Counted from the stretch's first letter, positions 37,937 through 47,313 are shown. The stretch is DNA of 64,000 bases from an uncultured bacterium (GCA_964529445.1 CAZGWJ010000002.1:5182-69181), one strand, 5' to 3'. Notes: generated by a model from the letters alone, not told the origin. Numbers and translations: made by a program.

Positions 37937-39052
37937 ATGGCCGTATCATTCAAGCTTTTCACGCGAAAGAACTTCTTCAGCGCGGCTTTTTTCGTATTTC
38001 TGGCCGCGTTCCTTTGGCTCATTCTCACCCTCCTTTCCCCCTTCATCACGTCCTTCCTTTGGGCCGCCATCATCGCCATGGTCTTCCATCCCGTGTACCG
38101 GAAGGTCTTCCAGTGGACGGGCCGCCGCCAGAACGTGGCCGCCCTCCTGACCACGACGGGCATTCTGCTGGCGTTGGGGTTGCCGGGCTTCTTCCTGTTG
38201 GTGAACCTCGGGCACGAATTGGCGCGAACCTACGAGGCCCTCTCGGCGACCTCCTGGGAGGAGACGGGGCACCGCGTCCTCGAGAAGATCCGGTTCCTGG
38301 ACCTGGAGGGCCTTCTTCAGCGCTGGGGCGTCCAGGCGGAGCAGGCCGAGCGGATGGTGAGCGAGGGCATCACTAACGGACTCAAGAATCTCTCGTCCAC
38401 GGTGATCGCCTGGCTTTCCAGCATCCTCCGCAACATGGGGCTCTTCGCGGTGCGGGTCTTCTTCATCGCGGTGGCACTTTTCTTTTTCCTGAGGGACGGG
38501 GAGCGCTTTTCCCGCAAGGCCATCGACCTCCTCCCCATGGAGTATGACCACCGCGAGACGGTGGTGGGCACACTCTCGGTGACCGTCACGGCCGTGGTTC
38601 GGGCTATGTTCGTGACGGGCCTGACACAGGGTCTCATGGCCGGCGCCGGGTTCGCCGTGGCGGGCGTCCCCCTGCCGGTCGTCTTCGGTTTCCTGACCTT
38701 CATCACCTCCTTCATCCCCTTCCTGGGCGCCGCCTCGGTATGGATCCCCGGCGTGATCTGGCTTTTCTTCCAGGACCAGGTTCCCCAGGCGTTCGGACTC
38801 CTGGTCTGGGGTGCCCTCATTTCGAGCGTGGACAATGTCATCAAGCCCCTCATCATCGGGGGCGAGGCGAAACTTCCCATCTTCCTTTTGTTCTTCACTA
38901 TCCTGGGCGGCTTGAAGGTTTACGGGTTCCTGGGCGTCTTCCTCGGCCCCGTCATCCTCTCGTTGGCGCTCGCCCTCCTGGCCATCTACAAGGAGGTCTA
39001 CCTTGAAAAGACCCGTGTCCCGCGCAGGCGTTCCGCCGCCCGGGGAAGGTAG
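37937..39052 (+). CDS. AI-2E family transporter (PerM/UPF0118)
   Basis: 371 aa with about 8 TM segments and characteristic C-terminal motifs (IIGGEAKLPIFLLFFTILGG..GPVILSLALALL). Confidence 0.8.
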   Translation: MAVSFKLFTRKNFFSAAFFVFLAAFLWLILTLLSPFITSFLWAAIIAMVFHPVYRKVFQWTGRRQNVAALLTTTGILLALGLPGFFLLVNLGHELARTYEALSATSWEETGHRVLEKIRFLDLEGLLQRWGVQAEQAERMVSEGITNGLKNLSSTVIAWLSSILRNMGLFAVRVFFIAVALFFFLRDGERFSRKAIDLLPMEYDHRETVVGTLSVTVTAVVRAMFVTGLTQGLMAGAGFAVAGVPLPVVFGFLTFITSFIPFLGAASVWIPGVIWLFFQDQVPQAFGLLVWGALISSVDNVIKPLIIGGEAKLPIFLLFFTILGGLKVYGFLGVFLGPVILSLALALLAIYKEVYLEKTRVPRRRSAARGR

Positions 39053-39058
39053 CGCGGC

Positions 39059-39799
39059 ATGATCGGTCGCCGGAAGGTCCTGGTCGTCATGCCGGCCTAC
39101 AACGCCGAGGCGACCCTGCGCCGCACCTGGCGCGAGATCCCCTTCGACGTGGTGGACGAGGTCATCCTTGTGGACGATGCCAGCCGCGACGGGACCGTCC
39201 GGGAGGCCCGGCGGCTCGGGATCCGCACGATCGTGCATCCCGAGAACCGCGGCTACGGGGGCAACCAGAAGACCTGCTACGAGGCCGCCTTGTCCCGCGG
39301 GGCGGACATCGTGGTCATGCTCCATCCCGATTACCAGTACACCCCCCGCCTCATCGCCGCCATGGCCCACCTTCTGGCTTCCGGGGAATTCGACGTGGTC
39401 CTGGGGTCCCGCATCCTGGGGGGCAAGGCGCTGGAGGGGGGTATGCCCCTCTACAAGTATTTCTTCAACCGGATGCTCACGCTCGTGCAGAACCTGCTCA
39501 TGGGCGCCAAGCTGTCCGAATACCACACCGGATACCGGGCATTCACGCGGAAGGTCCTCAAGTCCCTGCCCTTGAACCGGAACTCCGATGATTTCGTCTT
39601 CGACGCCCAGATGCTCTCCCAGGTCCTCTTCGCGGGTTTCCGGGTTGGGGAGATCACCTGTCCCGCCAAATATTTCCCGGAGGCCTCCTCGATCAACTTC
39701 CGGCGGAGCCTCGTATACGGGATCGGTTGTATCGTGACGGCCCTGCAATATCGCCTCAGCGCCTGGGGTTGGGTCCGAAGCCGCCTGTTCATCCGCTGA
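39059..39799 (+). CDS. family 2 glycosyltransferase (polyprenyl-phosphate hexosyltransferase, DPM1/GtrB-like)
   Basis: VLVVMPAYNAEATL, DDASRDGT, DxD-like VVMLHPD, and a C-terminal amphipathic region. Confidence 0.8.
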   Translation: MIGRRKVLVVMPAYNAEATLRRTWREIPFDVVDEVILVDDASRDGTVREARRLGIRTIVHPENRGYGGNQKTCYEAALSRGADIVVMLHPDYQYTPRLIAAMAHLLASGEFDVVLGSRILGGKALEGGMPLYKYFFNRMLTLVQNLLMGAKLSEYHTGYRAFTRKVLKSLPLNRNSDDFVFDAQMLSQVLFAGFRVGEITCPAKYFPEASSINFRRSLVYGIGCIVTALQYRLSAWGWVRSRLFIR

Positions 39800-39812
39800 A
39801 GGGGGTTCTCCC

Positions 39813-41285
39813 ATGAAAAACCGGATTCCGGTCGTTCGTCCCCACTTGGACGCCCTGGCCGACCATCCGACGATCCAGGCGACCCTCCTGATGCTTCTCA
39901 CCGCGCTCCTCTATACCCTGAAGCTCGGCGGCAACGGCCTGGCCAACTACGACGATTGCTTTTACGCCCAGAAGGCGAAGGAGATCCTCCAGAGCGGCTC
40001 CTGGCTTCACCTGACACTCGGCGGGATGCCCGCTTTCGAGAATCCTCCCTTCTTCATGTGGCTCTTAGCCTTCTCCTACAAGATCTTCGGGGTGGGCGAA
40101 TTCGCGGCCCTGCTTCCTTCAGCCCTGATGGGTTTCGGCGCCGTTTTCCTGACGTACCGGCTGGCGAAAAACGCCTACGGTCCCTGGGAAGGGCTTTGCG
40201 CCGGTTTCGTCCTGGCCACCACCACGGTATTCGCCAAGTATTCCCGGCGGGCCATGATGGATACGACGATGACGTTCCTGGTTCTGGCCGCCCTGAGCGC
40301 CTTCCGGATGGGTCTGCTCCGCCACCCGGCCTGGTTCCTGCTGTTCGGGGCAGCCGCCGGCACGGCCATCATGACCAAGAGTGTCCTGGGATTCTTCCCG
40401 CTCCTGATCGCCGTGCTGTTCCTGGCATGGACGCGCCGCTTCCGGGTCCTCTTCTCCGGCTGGTTCCTGGGCTCCTGCCTCCTGGCCCTGGGCTGGGGCG
40501 GGGTCTGGTACGCGCACGAGACGTGGGTTTACGGGAAGGTCTTCCTCGACGCCCATTTCGGATGGCTGATCTTCCAGCGGGGGTTCCACGCCGAGCCCCA
40601 GCCCTGGTGGCACCATCTTTCCTACCTGCGGGACCTCCTGGTCTTCTATTGGCCCTGGTTGCCCGTCTCCGTCGCGGGCGGGGCGCTCCTGCTCCGCTCC
40701 TTCCGCCGTCTCTCGGACGACGACCGCCTGATCCTGCTGTGGCCCCTGACCATCCTGGCCGTGATGAGTGCGATGCAGACGAGGGTGTTCTGGTACATCC
40801 TTCCGGCCTTTCCGGCTTTCTCGATCTGGGCGGCCCGGGCGCTGGGGCGCTGGGTGCCGCCGGCGCGACGACGCGGGATCGTGCAGGCCGCCTTGGGAGG
40901 CGGACTACTCGTCGTGCTGACGCTCGGGGTCCTACCGGTGCGGTTCGATTCGGTGAGGGAGCCGGATGTGAGGGCCATCGCGCCGGACGTGAAGCACCTC
41001 GGTCGGGAAGCGGGAACGAAGATCGGCAATTACCGCCTGCCCTATCATGGCATCAACAACGCCCTTCTCTTCTATTCCGACCACGCGGCCTATCCCGAGT
41101 GGTCGACCCCCGAGCAACTGCGGGAAGCCTTCGCGGATCCCGCGACCGTTCTTTGCGTCATCGACCGCAGGGATTTGGACGCGCTCCAGAAGGAGGGGTT
41201 CCACGCCTTCCCGGTCCGCATGGCGTGGCCCCGCGCGCTCATCGCCAACCGTCCCGTCGACACGTCCGGGGTCGTGAGGCCGTAA
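39813..41285 (+). CDS. ArnT/PMT-type (GT39/GT83) polyprenyl-phosphate-sugar-dependent glycosyltransferase
   Basis: 490 aa, multi-TM. N-terminal DD motif (LANYDDCFYAQKAKEIL). FFMWLLAFSYKIFGV is typical of the ArnT/PMT fold. Adjacent to the GT2 donor-lipid synthase. Confidence 0.75.
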   Translation: MKNRIPVVRPHLDALADHPTIQATLLMLLTALLYTLKLGGNGLANYDDCFYAQKAKEILQSGSWLHLTLGGMPAFENPPFFMWLLAFSYKIFGVGEFAALLPSALMGFGAVFLTYRLAKNAYGPWEGLCAGFVLATTTVFAKYSRRAMMDTTMTFLVLAALSAFRMGLLRHPAWFLLFGAAAGTAIMTKSVLGFFPLLIAVLFLAWTRRFRVLFSGWFLGSCLLALGWGGVWYAHETWVYGKVFLDAHFGWLIFQRGFHAEPQPWWHHLSYLRDLLVFYWPWLPVSVAGGALLLRSFRRLSDDDRLILLWPLTILAVMSAMQTRVFWYILPAFPAFSIWAARALGRWVPPARRRGIVQAALGGGLLVVLTLGVLPVRFDSVREPDVRAIAPDVKHLGREAGTKIGNYRLPYHGINNALLFYSDHAAYPEWSTPEQLREAFADPATVLCVIDRRDLDALQKEGFHAFPVRMAWPRALIANRPVDTSGVVRP

Positions 41286-41318
41286 GCGGGACGAATCGCG
41301 CGGTAAAGATGCAGGAGC

Positions 41319-41553
41319 TGGAGGCTTCCCGATGAGATACCGGTACCTGGGTTCGACGGGTTTGAAGGTGAGCGAGATCGGCTTCGGCACGGGTCCTGAA
41401 AGGGACCCGCGCGACCCAGACACGCTCCGAAGCTTGTGGCTTCGTCGCAGGACGCCGAAGGTTCCTTGTTCGGTGCGTGTGCAGGAGGCTTCCCGATGAG
41501 ATACCGGTACCTGGGTTCGACGGGTTTGAAGGTGAGCGAGATCGGCTTCGGCG
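41319..41553 (+). repeat. 70-bp perfect tandem direct repeat (95-bp spacer) duplicating RBS plus first 19 codons of the aldo/keto reductase
   Basis: GGAGGCTTCCCGATGAGATACCGGTACCTGGGTTCGACGGGTTTGAAGGTGAGCGAGATCGGCTTCGGC occurs at 41319-41388 and 41484-41553. The spacer contains the hairpin GGGTCC-TGAAAG-GGACCC. Confidence 0.8.
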
Positions 41554-42644
41554 CCTGGGCGATCGGGGGCCGGTGGTGGGGTCCCCAGGATGACGCTGAT
41601 TCCAAGGCGGCCCTCCACAAGGCCCTTGACTTGGGGTGCAATTTCATCGACACGGCCTGGGTCTACGGGGACGGGCACAGCGAACGCCTCATCGGGGCGG
41701 TTCTCAAGGAGAGGGGGTCGAATCCCGTCGTGGCCACCAAGGTACCGCCCAAGAACTGGCAATGGGACAACAAACCCGGCACCCCCCTGTCGGCGGCCTT
41801 CCCCCCGGAATGGGTCGTGGCCAAGTGCGAGGAATCCCTCGAGAACCTTGGAAAACCCCAGGTCGAATTGTTGCAGTTGCACACCTGGTCGGATGAGTGG
41901 AACGCTCAGGCCGGCGACCTGCTCTCCTGCATCGCGCGCCTGAAGCGGGAAGGGAAGATCCGGGCTTTCGGCATCTCCCTCCGCGACAAGGGGCCCAACG
42001 AAGCCAACGATCTTATCCGTCACAACCACTTGGACTCGATCCAGTTCTTCTTCAACCTGCTCTATCAGGAGCCCCTGAGGGAACTCCTCCCCCTGGCGGG
42101 CAAATACGGGGTGGGCCTCATCGCCCGAGTTCCGATGGCTTTCGGGGCCCTGACGGGCAAGTTCACCCATCGGACGCGATTCCACAAGGACGACCACCGG
42201 CGAAACCTCTACCGGGGCGACGCGCTGAAGGAGGTCCTGGCGAAGGTCGATCGCATCCGGAAGGTCATTCCGCCGGGCATGAACCTGCCGGAGGCCGCCG
42301 TGAAGTGGACCCTCGCCTACCCCCAGGTCTCGGCCGCCATCCCCGGCATTCGGAACCCCCGCCAAGCCGAGCAGAATTGCGCGGCTGGCGACGGGGCCCC
42401 GTGGCCGGAGGAGGCCCTGCGTTCCATGGAAGGTCTCTACCGATCCAATTTCGGCTTCCCGCTGAGGAACGTTTCCGACACGGCGAAGGTTCACGCGGTC
42501 TTCATGTCGGGGGTTGTGCGCTCGAAACCCCGGAAGGAGAGGCGTCGCCGCCCGGCGCATCGCAAGCGGCCCCTCCTGGCGCGACCCAACGCCGCGAAAC
42601 GCCACAAAAGCCGGGCGTCGAAACCGAAGAGACGGAAGCGCTGA
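41496..42644 (+). CDS. aldo/keto reductase with polybasic C-terminal tail
   Basis: Start at the second-copy ATG (RBS GCAGGAGG). AKR motifs (GFGAWAIGG, DTAWVYGDGHSERLIG). About 45-aa Lys/Arg-rich tail (RKERRRRPAHRKRP..KPKRRKR). Confidence 0.75.
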   Translation: MRYRYLGSTGLKVSEIGFGAWAIGGRWWGPQDDADSKAALHKALDLGCNFIDTAWVYGDGHSERLIGAVLKERGSNPVVATKVPPKNWQWDNKPGTPLSAAFPPEWVVAKCEESLENLGKPQVELLQLHTWSDEWNAQAGDLLSCIARLKREGKIRAFGISLRDKGPNEANDLIRHNHLDSIQFFFNLLYQEPLRELLPLAGKYGVGLIARVPMAFGALTGKFTHRTRFHKDDHRRNLYRGDALKEVLAKVDRIRKVIPPGMNLPEAAVKWTLAYPQVSAAIPGIRNPRQAEQNCAAGDGAPWPEEALRSMEGLYRSNFGFPLRNVSDTAKVHAVFMSGVVRSKPRKERRRRPAHRKRPLLARPNAAKRHKSRASKPKRRKR

Positions 42645-42860
42645 GGCGGAAGACGCCGGAGGGGAGGGTTGAAAAGCCACCCTTTTTCGCATCTCCGGTG
42701 ACGCGAGTTGCAGGAATCCCGGTTTTCAGCTATTTTGTCAATCCCCCGGTCTCCCCCCGGCGGGCGGCAGGTTCGGAACTATCCCTCCGGGACCTGCGCG
42801 GAGAGCCCCCTGATCGAGGGCGTTTCCGGCCTTGAATATCTGAACGTCAGGAGCTATTCC

Positions 42861-43448
42861 ATGAAACGCGTCTGCATCTTCATCGACGGCAGCAACTTGT
42901 ACTTCGCCCTCAAGCGCAACAGCAAGATGACCCGGGTCGATTACTTCCAGTTGTCGTCGGCCCTCGCGGGCCCCGAGCGCCAGCTGGTGAGAACCTACTA
43001 CTACAACGCCGTCTTCGACCCGGTCCAGTTTCCCGACAAGGCCAAGAGCCAACAATCGTTCCTGGATTCCCTCGATCGCACCCCTTTCCTGGACCTTCGT
43101 CTCGGGCGCATCGTCCAGAACCGCGAGGGGCATCGCGTCGAGAAGGGCGTGGATGTGCGCATGGCGTCCGACATGGTCTACTACGCCGCCCGCAACTTCT
43201 ACGATACGGCCATCGTTGTGACCGAGGACCAGGATTTCGCACCCGCGGTGGGACTCGTCAAGGAGTTCGGCAAGCACGTCGAGGTGGCGGTCTTCCCGGA
43301 CGCCCAGAACAAGGAGATGGTACGGGTGGCCGACCGTATCCTGAACCTCGAGGATATCGTGAACCACCACCAGTCCAAGATCTTCCCGCCGGCCCAGGGC
43401 GAGGATCGCAACACCCACGGCGAGGAGGAGATCTCTTTCGGGATGTAA
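42861..43448 (+). CDS. NYN-domain (LabA-like PIN-fold) protein
   Basis: MKRVCIFIDGSNLYFAL..GVDVRMASDMVYYAARNFYDTAIVVTEDQDFAPAV matches the NYN/LabA nuclease-like domain. Confidence 0.7.
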   Translation: MKRVCIFIDGSNLYFALKRNSKMTRVDYFQLSSALAGPERQLVRTYYYNAVFDPVQFPDKAKSQQSFLDSLDRTPFLDLRLGRIVQNREGHRVEKGVDVRMASDMVYYAARNFYDTAIVVTEDQDFAPAVGLVKEFGKHVEVAVFPDAQNKEMVRVADRILNLEDIVNHHQSKIFPPAQGEDRNTHGEEEISFGM

Positions 43449-43522
43449 AACGGTTTCGTCGAAGTTAGAAGTGAGAAGTATGAAATTCACGACGAAACAT
43501 GACCCGGTCTGAACATACGAAA

Positions 43523-43565
43523 AAATAAAACGGCCGTCCTCCGCGAAGGGGGACGGCCGTTTTAT
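43523..43565. terminator. bidirectional rho-independent terminator
   Basis: AAAAATAAAACGGCCGTCC-TCCGCGAAGGG-GGACGGCCGTTTTATT between convergent genes. Confidence 0.7.
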
Positions 43566-43581
43566 TGTCGGAGGTCGGCAT

Positions 43582-44046
43582 TCATTCGCCGCGGTGGTAG
43601 AAGAACATCGAACCCGGGTTCTCGGGCCGGTGTTGCAGGGTGCCCATGAGCGAGTCCAGCTTCTCCCAGAGCAGTTTGTCCGCATCGCCGCTTTTCTCGG
43701 GCGTGAGCATGCGCACCCAGGTGGGCTCGTCCTCCCAGCGGGGACGCGATTCACCCGTTTCGGTCTTCTGCCGCAACAGGTCCAGGACGTGCATCAGGGA
43801 GGAGGCCTGCCCGAGCCGCAGGCGCAGGTAGAGACCGTCGTTCCAGAAGAGGATGTCCAGCCACTCCACTTCGAGCATCTTCTGAAGCAGGAGCAGTGTC
43901 TGAAGCGTGCGGTGGGCGTTCTCCGGGAACGCCAGCCAGCTCTCTCCGCCGGCCGTCTTCAGGATCACCTCGTACACGAAACGGCTGCGTGCCGAATATC
44001 CTCCCGGCGCCTCTCTCGTCATCATCCATTCCAGTTTCGCGATCAT
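43582..44046 (-). CDS. hypothetical protein
   Basis: 154-aa ORF downstream of lexA. No recognisable domain. Confidence 0.4.
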   Translation of the reverse strand: MIAKLEWMMTREAPGGYSARSRFVYEVILKTAGGESWLAFPENAHRTLQTLLLLQKMLEVEWLDILFWNDGLYLRLRLGQASSLMHVLDLLRQKTETGESRPRWEDEPTWVRMLTPEKSGDADKLLWEKLDSLMGTLQHRPENPGSMFFYHRGE

Positions 44047-44288
44047 ATCGGGCCTCCTGAGCAGTATGTTGAATCAGTCATCTGGCGATGACTGTTTCGT
44101 GTCTTGCTCGCAAATCACCCTGCCGGAATTGCGAATATTGTTGTGATTCGCTCGAACCCCGTGGCCGCTGACGTGGTGCTGAAACGGTGTTTTCGGCACC
44201 ACGTTGGGTGTCATCAAGGTGTTGAAAAGAATACGTCTGTATGCCTCTCGCGAGCGTGAAAATCCCTTGGCGGGGCTTCACGGGGTTT

Positions 44289-44912
44289 TCAGCGGGGGGA
44301 AAAGACCCCCACCACGCGGCCGATGATGCGGAAATCGCGATCGGCCTCGACCGAGATGGGTTTGTATTTCGCGTTGGCCGGCTCCAGGAAAACCTTGGCG
44401 CCGGACTTTCGAAACGTCTTGACGGTGGCCTCGCCGTCCAGGAACGCCACCACGACGTCGCCGGGATCGGCGTGCGTCGTCTGGGCCACGATGACCTTGT
44501 CGCCCGGAAGGATGTGCGCGTCCACCATCGAGTCGCCCTTCACGTGCAGGGCGAAGAGGTTCTTGCGACCCCGCGCCATGTCGTGATCCACCACCATCGT
44601 GCCGTCGCGGTTCTCTTCGCACAGGATGGGCATACCGGCGGCTACGCGCCCGATCACGGGGATGGCCACGCCGACCGAGGAGTCCTCGGACAGCTTCAAA
44701 CCGCGCGCCGTGTGGTCTTCGCGCGAGAGGTATCCCTTTTCTTCGAGGGCGAGCAGGTGCTTGCGCGCGCTTTGCGGGGAGTTCCAATCGAAGTGACGCA
44801 TCACCTCGCGCACGGTGGGCGGGCGATGGTTCTCGTTGAAGTACTGTTGGACGTACTTCAAAACCTTCTGTTGGGACTCGGTCAGCTCTTCGTCGTCGAT
44901 CGGCGGCACCAT
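44289..44912 (-). CDS. lexA: LexA repressor
   Basis: Start at MVPPIDDEELTESQQKVLKYV (winged HTH). Peptidase S24 domain with AG cleavage site, catalytic S (GDSMVDA) and K (VKTFRKSG). Confidence 0.9.
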   Translation of the reverse strand: MVPPIDDEELTESQQKVLKYVQQYFNENHRPPTVREVMRHFDWNSPQSARKHLLALEEKGYLSREDHTARGLKLSEDSSVGVAIPVIGRVAAGMPILCEENRDGTMVVDHDMARGRKNLFALHVKGDSMVDAHILPGDKVIVAQTTHADPGDVVVAFLDGEATVKTFRKSGAKVFLEPANAKYKPISVEADRDFRIIGRVVGVFSPR

Positions 44913-44951
44913 TTCGGGCCTCCCTCTTTTCGTCTTGAAAAGAATACGGTT

Positions 44952-44965
44952 GTATACTAGTATAC
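44952..44965. promoter_or_regulatory. perfect 14-bp palindrome GTATACTAGTATAC in lexA-radC divergent promoter (candidate SOS box)
   Basis: Centred between the lexA start (44912, minus) and the radC start (45013, plus). Overlaps a TTGAAA -35 plus 17 nt plus TAGTAT -10 promoter for radC. Confidence 0.5.
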
Positions 44966-45012
44966 GCCTGTATCCTCTGTCAAGCCGAAAAACCGGGGAA
45001 AAGGAGCCTTCC

Positions 45013-45723
45013 ATGGTCACCGCCACCCTCGCCGAAAGCCCCCTGATGAGCGATCCCCACGCCGGACACCGTGCCCGCCTCAGGACCAAATACGCCCAGG
45101 CGGGGAAGGAAGCCCTCCAGGACTACGAGCTTCTGGAACTCCTCCTCACCTTCTCCATCCCCCATCGGGACACCAAGCCCTACGCCAAGCGGCTCCTGGC
45201 CGCTTTCAAGACCGTGCGCGCGACGCTGGAGGCCCCCCTGGCCGACCTCGAGGCCCTCGGGGGTTTGCCGCCGCAAAGCGCCATCCATATGAAGGCCGTG
45301 GGGGACCTTTTGCGCCTGGCGCGGGCCGAGGAATGGAAGCGGGGCCGCGTCATCGGGAGTCCCTCGGAAGTCGCCTCCTATCTAAGGGAAGAGATGGGCG
45401 CCTACGGCAAGGAGGTCTTCAGCGTGCTGTACTTGGACCAACGCAACCACCTGCTCTCCTGCGAGAAGGTGCAGGAGGGCACCGTGGACCAGACGGTCGT
45501 GTACCCCCGCGAGATCATGAAGCGGGCGCTGGACCTGAAGGCGACCGGGATGATCCTCGCGCACAACCATCCGGGCGGCAGTTTGGCCCCTTCCGACGCC
45601 GACCGGCAGTTGACGCATCAGATCCTGACGGCCGCGCGGGCCATGGGGCTGACGGTGCACGACCACCTCATTCTCACCGCGGAGGGGAGCTTCTCGTTCC
45701 GCCAAGCCGGGATGCTGGGTTGA
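45013..45723 (+). CDS. radC: RadC-family JAB/MPN-domain protein
   Basis: RBS AAGGAG. HhH-like N-domain. JAMM motif LAHNHPGGSLAPSDAD. Confidence 0.85.
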   Translation: MVTATLAESPLMSDPHAGHRARLRTKYAQAGKEALQDYELLELLLTFSIPHRDTKPYAKRLLAAFKTVRATLEAPLADLEALGGLPPQSAIHMKAVGDLLRLARAEEWKRGRVIGSPSEVASYLREEMGAYGKEVFSVLYLDQRNHLLSCEKVQEGTVDQTVVYPREIMKRALDLKATGMILAHNHPGGSLAPSDADRQLTHQILTAARAMGLTVHDHLILTAEGSFSFRQAGMLG

Positions 45724-45818
45724 TGCAAGGGATCGCGAAGCGATCCATCCAATCCCCCTCGCCCCCTGCGGGAGAGGGTAAGGGTGAGGGGTGTTTTGAG
45801 TCGTGGTGGTTTTCAGTC

Positions 45819-45964
45819 TAAGGTCACAAATTGTGACCTTTAACAGGACAAACGAATGAAAACGCAGTATTAGCAAGCCAATCTTGAGGTCACAATTTGT
45901 GACCTCAAGTTGGGAAAACGCAGGTTCAAGAGACAAGTCTTAAGGTCGCAAATTGCGACCTTAA
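45819..45964. promoter_or_regulatory. three spaced 19-bp palindromes AGGTCRCAAWTTGYGACCT upstream of ORF6N gene (operator/iteron-like)
   Basis: Cores at 45820-45838, 45886-45904 and 45942-45960. The last abuts the RBS/GTG start of the ORF6N gene. A fourth copy lies inside the gene (46187-46205). A variant GATATCGCAATTTGCGATATC lies at 47349-47369. Confidence 0.7.
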
Positions 45965-45979
45965 GGTCAGGAGGAAACG

Positions 45980-46525
45980 GTGAAAAAGGAACACAGGAAC
46001 GACAAGAACTTGTTCATCGGAGATTACATCCACATGATCCGAGGAAATCGAATCATGTTGGACGAGACCTTGGCATCGCTCTATGGAGTTTCAGTCAAAG
46101 TGTTGAATCAGCAGGTGAAAAGGAATAAGGAACGATTTCCGGACGATTTCATGTTCCGATTGACACCCGAGGAAACATCCATCTTGAGGTCGCAATTTGC
46201 GACCTCAAGATTATGGGGAGGCCGGAGGTATTCCCCTCTTGTGTTCACCGAGCAGGGCATCGCCATGCTCTCGAGCGTCCTCAAGAGCCCCCGGGCCATC
46301 CAGATGAACATCCACATCATGCGGGCCTTCGTGGCCATGCGTAAATACGCGATCACTCATGAGGACCTGGCCAAGCGCATCGACGAACTGGAAGGGAAGT
46401 ACGACGAGCAGTTCGCGGTGGTGTTCGAGGCGCTGAGGAAATTCTTCGAGGATCCTCCGCCGGACGACAAGAGGAAGATCGGTTTTCTCTCCGAGGAGCG
46501 CGCCCCCTACATCGTCTTCAACTGA
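45980..46525 (+). CDS. ORF6N/KilA-N-like (Rha/antirepressor-type) DNA-binding domain protein
   Basis: GTG start after AGGAGG. LYGVSVKVLNQQVKRNKERFPDDFMFRLT..GGRRYSPLVFTEQGIAMLSSVLKS matches the ORF6N domain. C-terminal coiled-coil region. Confidence 0.7.
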   Translation: MKKEHRNDKNLFIGDYIHMIRGNRIMLDETLASLYGVSVKVLNQQVKRNKERFPDDFMFRLTPEETSILRSQFATSRLWGGRRYSPLVFTEQGIAMLSSVLKSPRAIQMNIHIMRAFVAMRKYAITHEDLAKRIDELEGKYDEQFAVVFEALRKFFEDPPPDDKRKIGFLSEERAPYIVFN

Positions 46526-46639
46526 CCCCTCTCCCTCTCGCGGATCCTGATGGGATCTGTGCGAGCATTCTTCGCTCTCAGCTTGTGGCCTCGGGCGGCT
46601 CGATCCTCTCCCGTAATGGATTCGACCAAGCTCACCATC

Positions 46640-46820
46640 CACCGGAGAGGGAAGAAAAGGTAATCTCCCCTCCCCTGCTTGCGGGGGAGGGATCAAGGGA
46701 GAGGGGGTCTTGTCCGTGGTGGCTGTTACAAAGCAGTAAAACTAATACCCTCTCCCCTTGCGGGAGAGGGAGGGGCGAGGGGTGTCGTTCCATGTCCGTA
46801 GTAGCTGTTAGAAAGAGTTG
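46640..46820. repeat. two tandem copies of an about 80-bp composite REP-like element (CCCTCYCCC..GGGAGAGGG hairpin + GTCCGTRGTRGCTGTTAnAAAG tail)
   Basis: A related copy lies at 45765-45815, on the other side of the ORF6N gene. Confidence 0.6.
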
Positions 46821-46920
46821 ATGTTCTCTGTGTCTCCGCCCGCCATCGAATGCCTTCGATGACGAGGTCTCGCCAAAGGCGGACGTTTTCGTGGTTTATT
46901 TTAAGATCGAGAGGTGTGAC

Positions 46921-47313
46921 ATGCATTATTCCGAAAGCCGTTTGAGCGCCATCTGGAACGGGGTGGTCCTCTACAAGATGGACCGCGGCCGCTGGCCGAA
47001 GGACGACCAGGAACTGCTCCTCTTCGCGGCCCTCAAGGGCATCGATCTCGACGTGGACGGCTTCGAGTACCTGAGGTGGGAGGAGGGGAAGGACGGAGAA
47101 CTCGTCATCTCCTTCATCCTGCGTCCCCGGGAAGAGAAGGAATTGGCCGGTCGCATCCGCTTGCGTCTCTTGGGCGAGGGCGTGGTCGCCGATGCCATGC
47201 CGGTCACGGTGCGCATCCATTACACGCCCGAGAACCACAGGACCTATTGCCCCTGGCCGGGCTGTACTTTGAGCGTTCGCGAGGAGGTCCTCCCGGCGGC
47301 GAAAGCGTCGTGA
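46921..47313 (+). CDS. hypothetical protein
   Basis: Start MHYSESRL after GAGAGGTG. 131 aa, no recognisable domain. Confidence 0.4.
   Translation: MHYSESRLSAIWNGVVLYKMDRGRWPKDDQELLLFAALKGIDLDVDGFEYLRWEEGKDGELVISFILRPREEKELAGRIRLRLLGEGVVADAMPVTVRIHYTPENHRTYCPWPGCTLSVREEVLPAAKAS

Noticed and set aside
44078-44200. Several hairpins between the 43582-44046 gene and lexA (CAGTCATC..GATGACTG, CGTGGTGC..GCACCACG, GCGAAT..ATTCGC) as candidate terminators or operators.
   Set aside because: None is followed by a T-run on the relevant strand and none resembles the lexA-radC palindrome. Function is not inferable.
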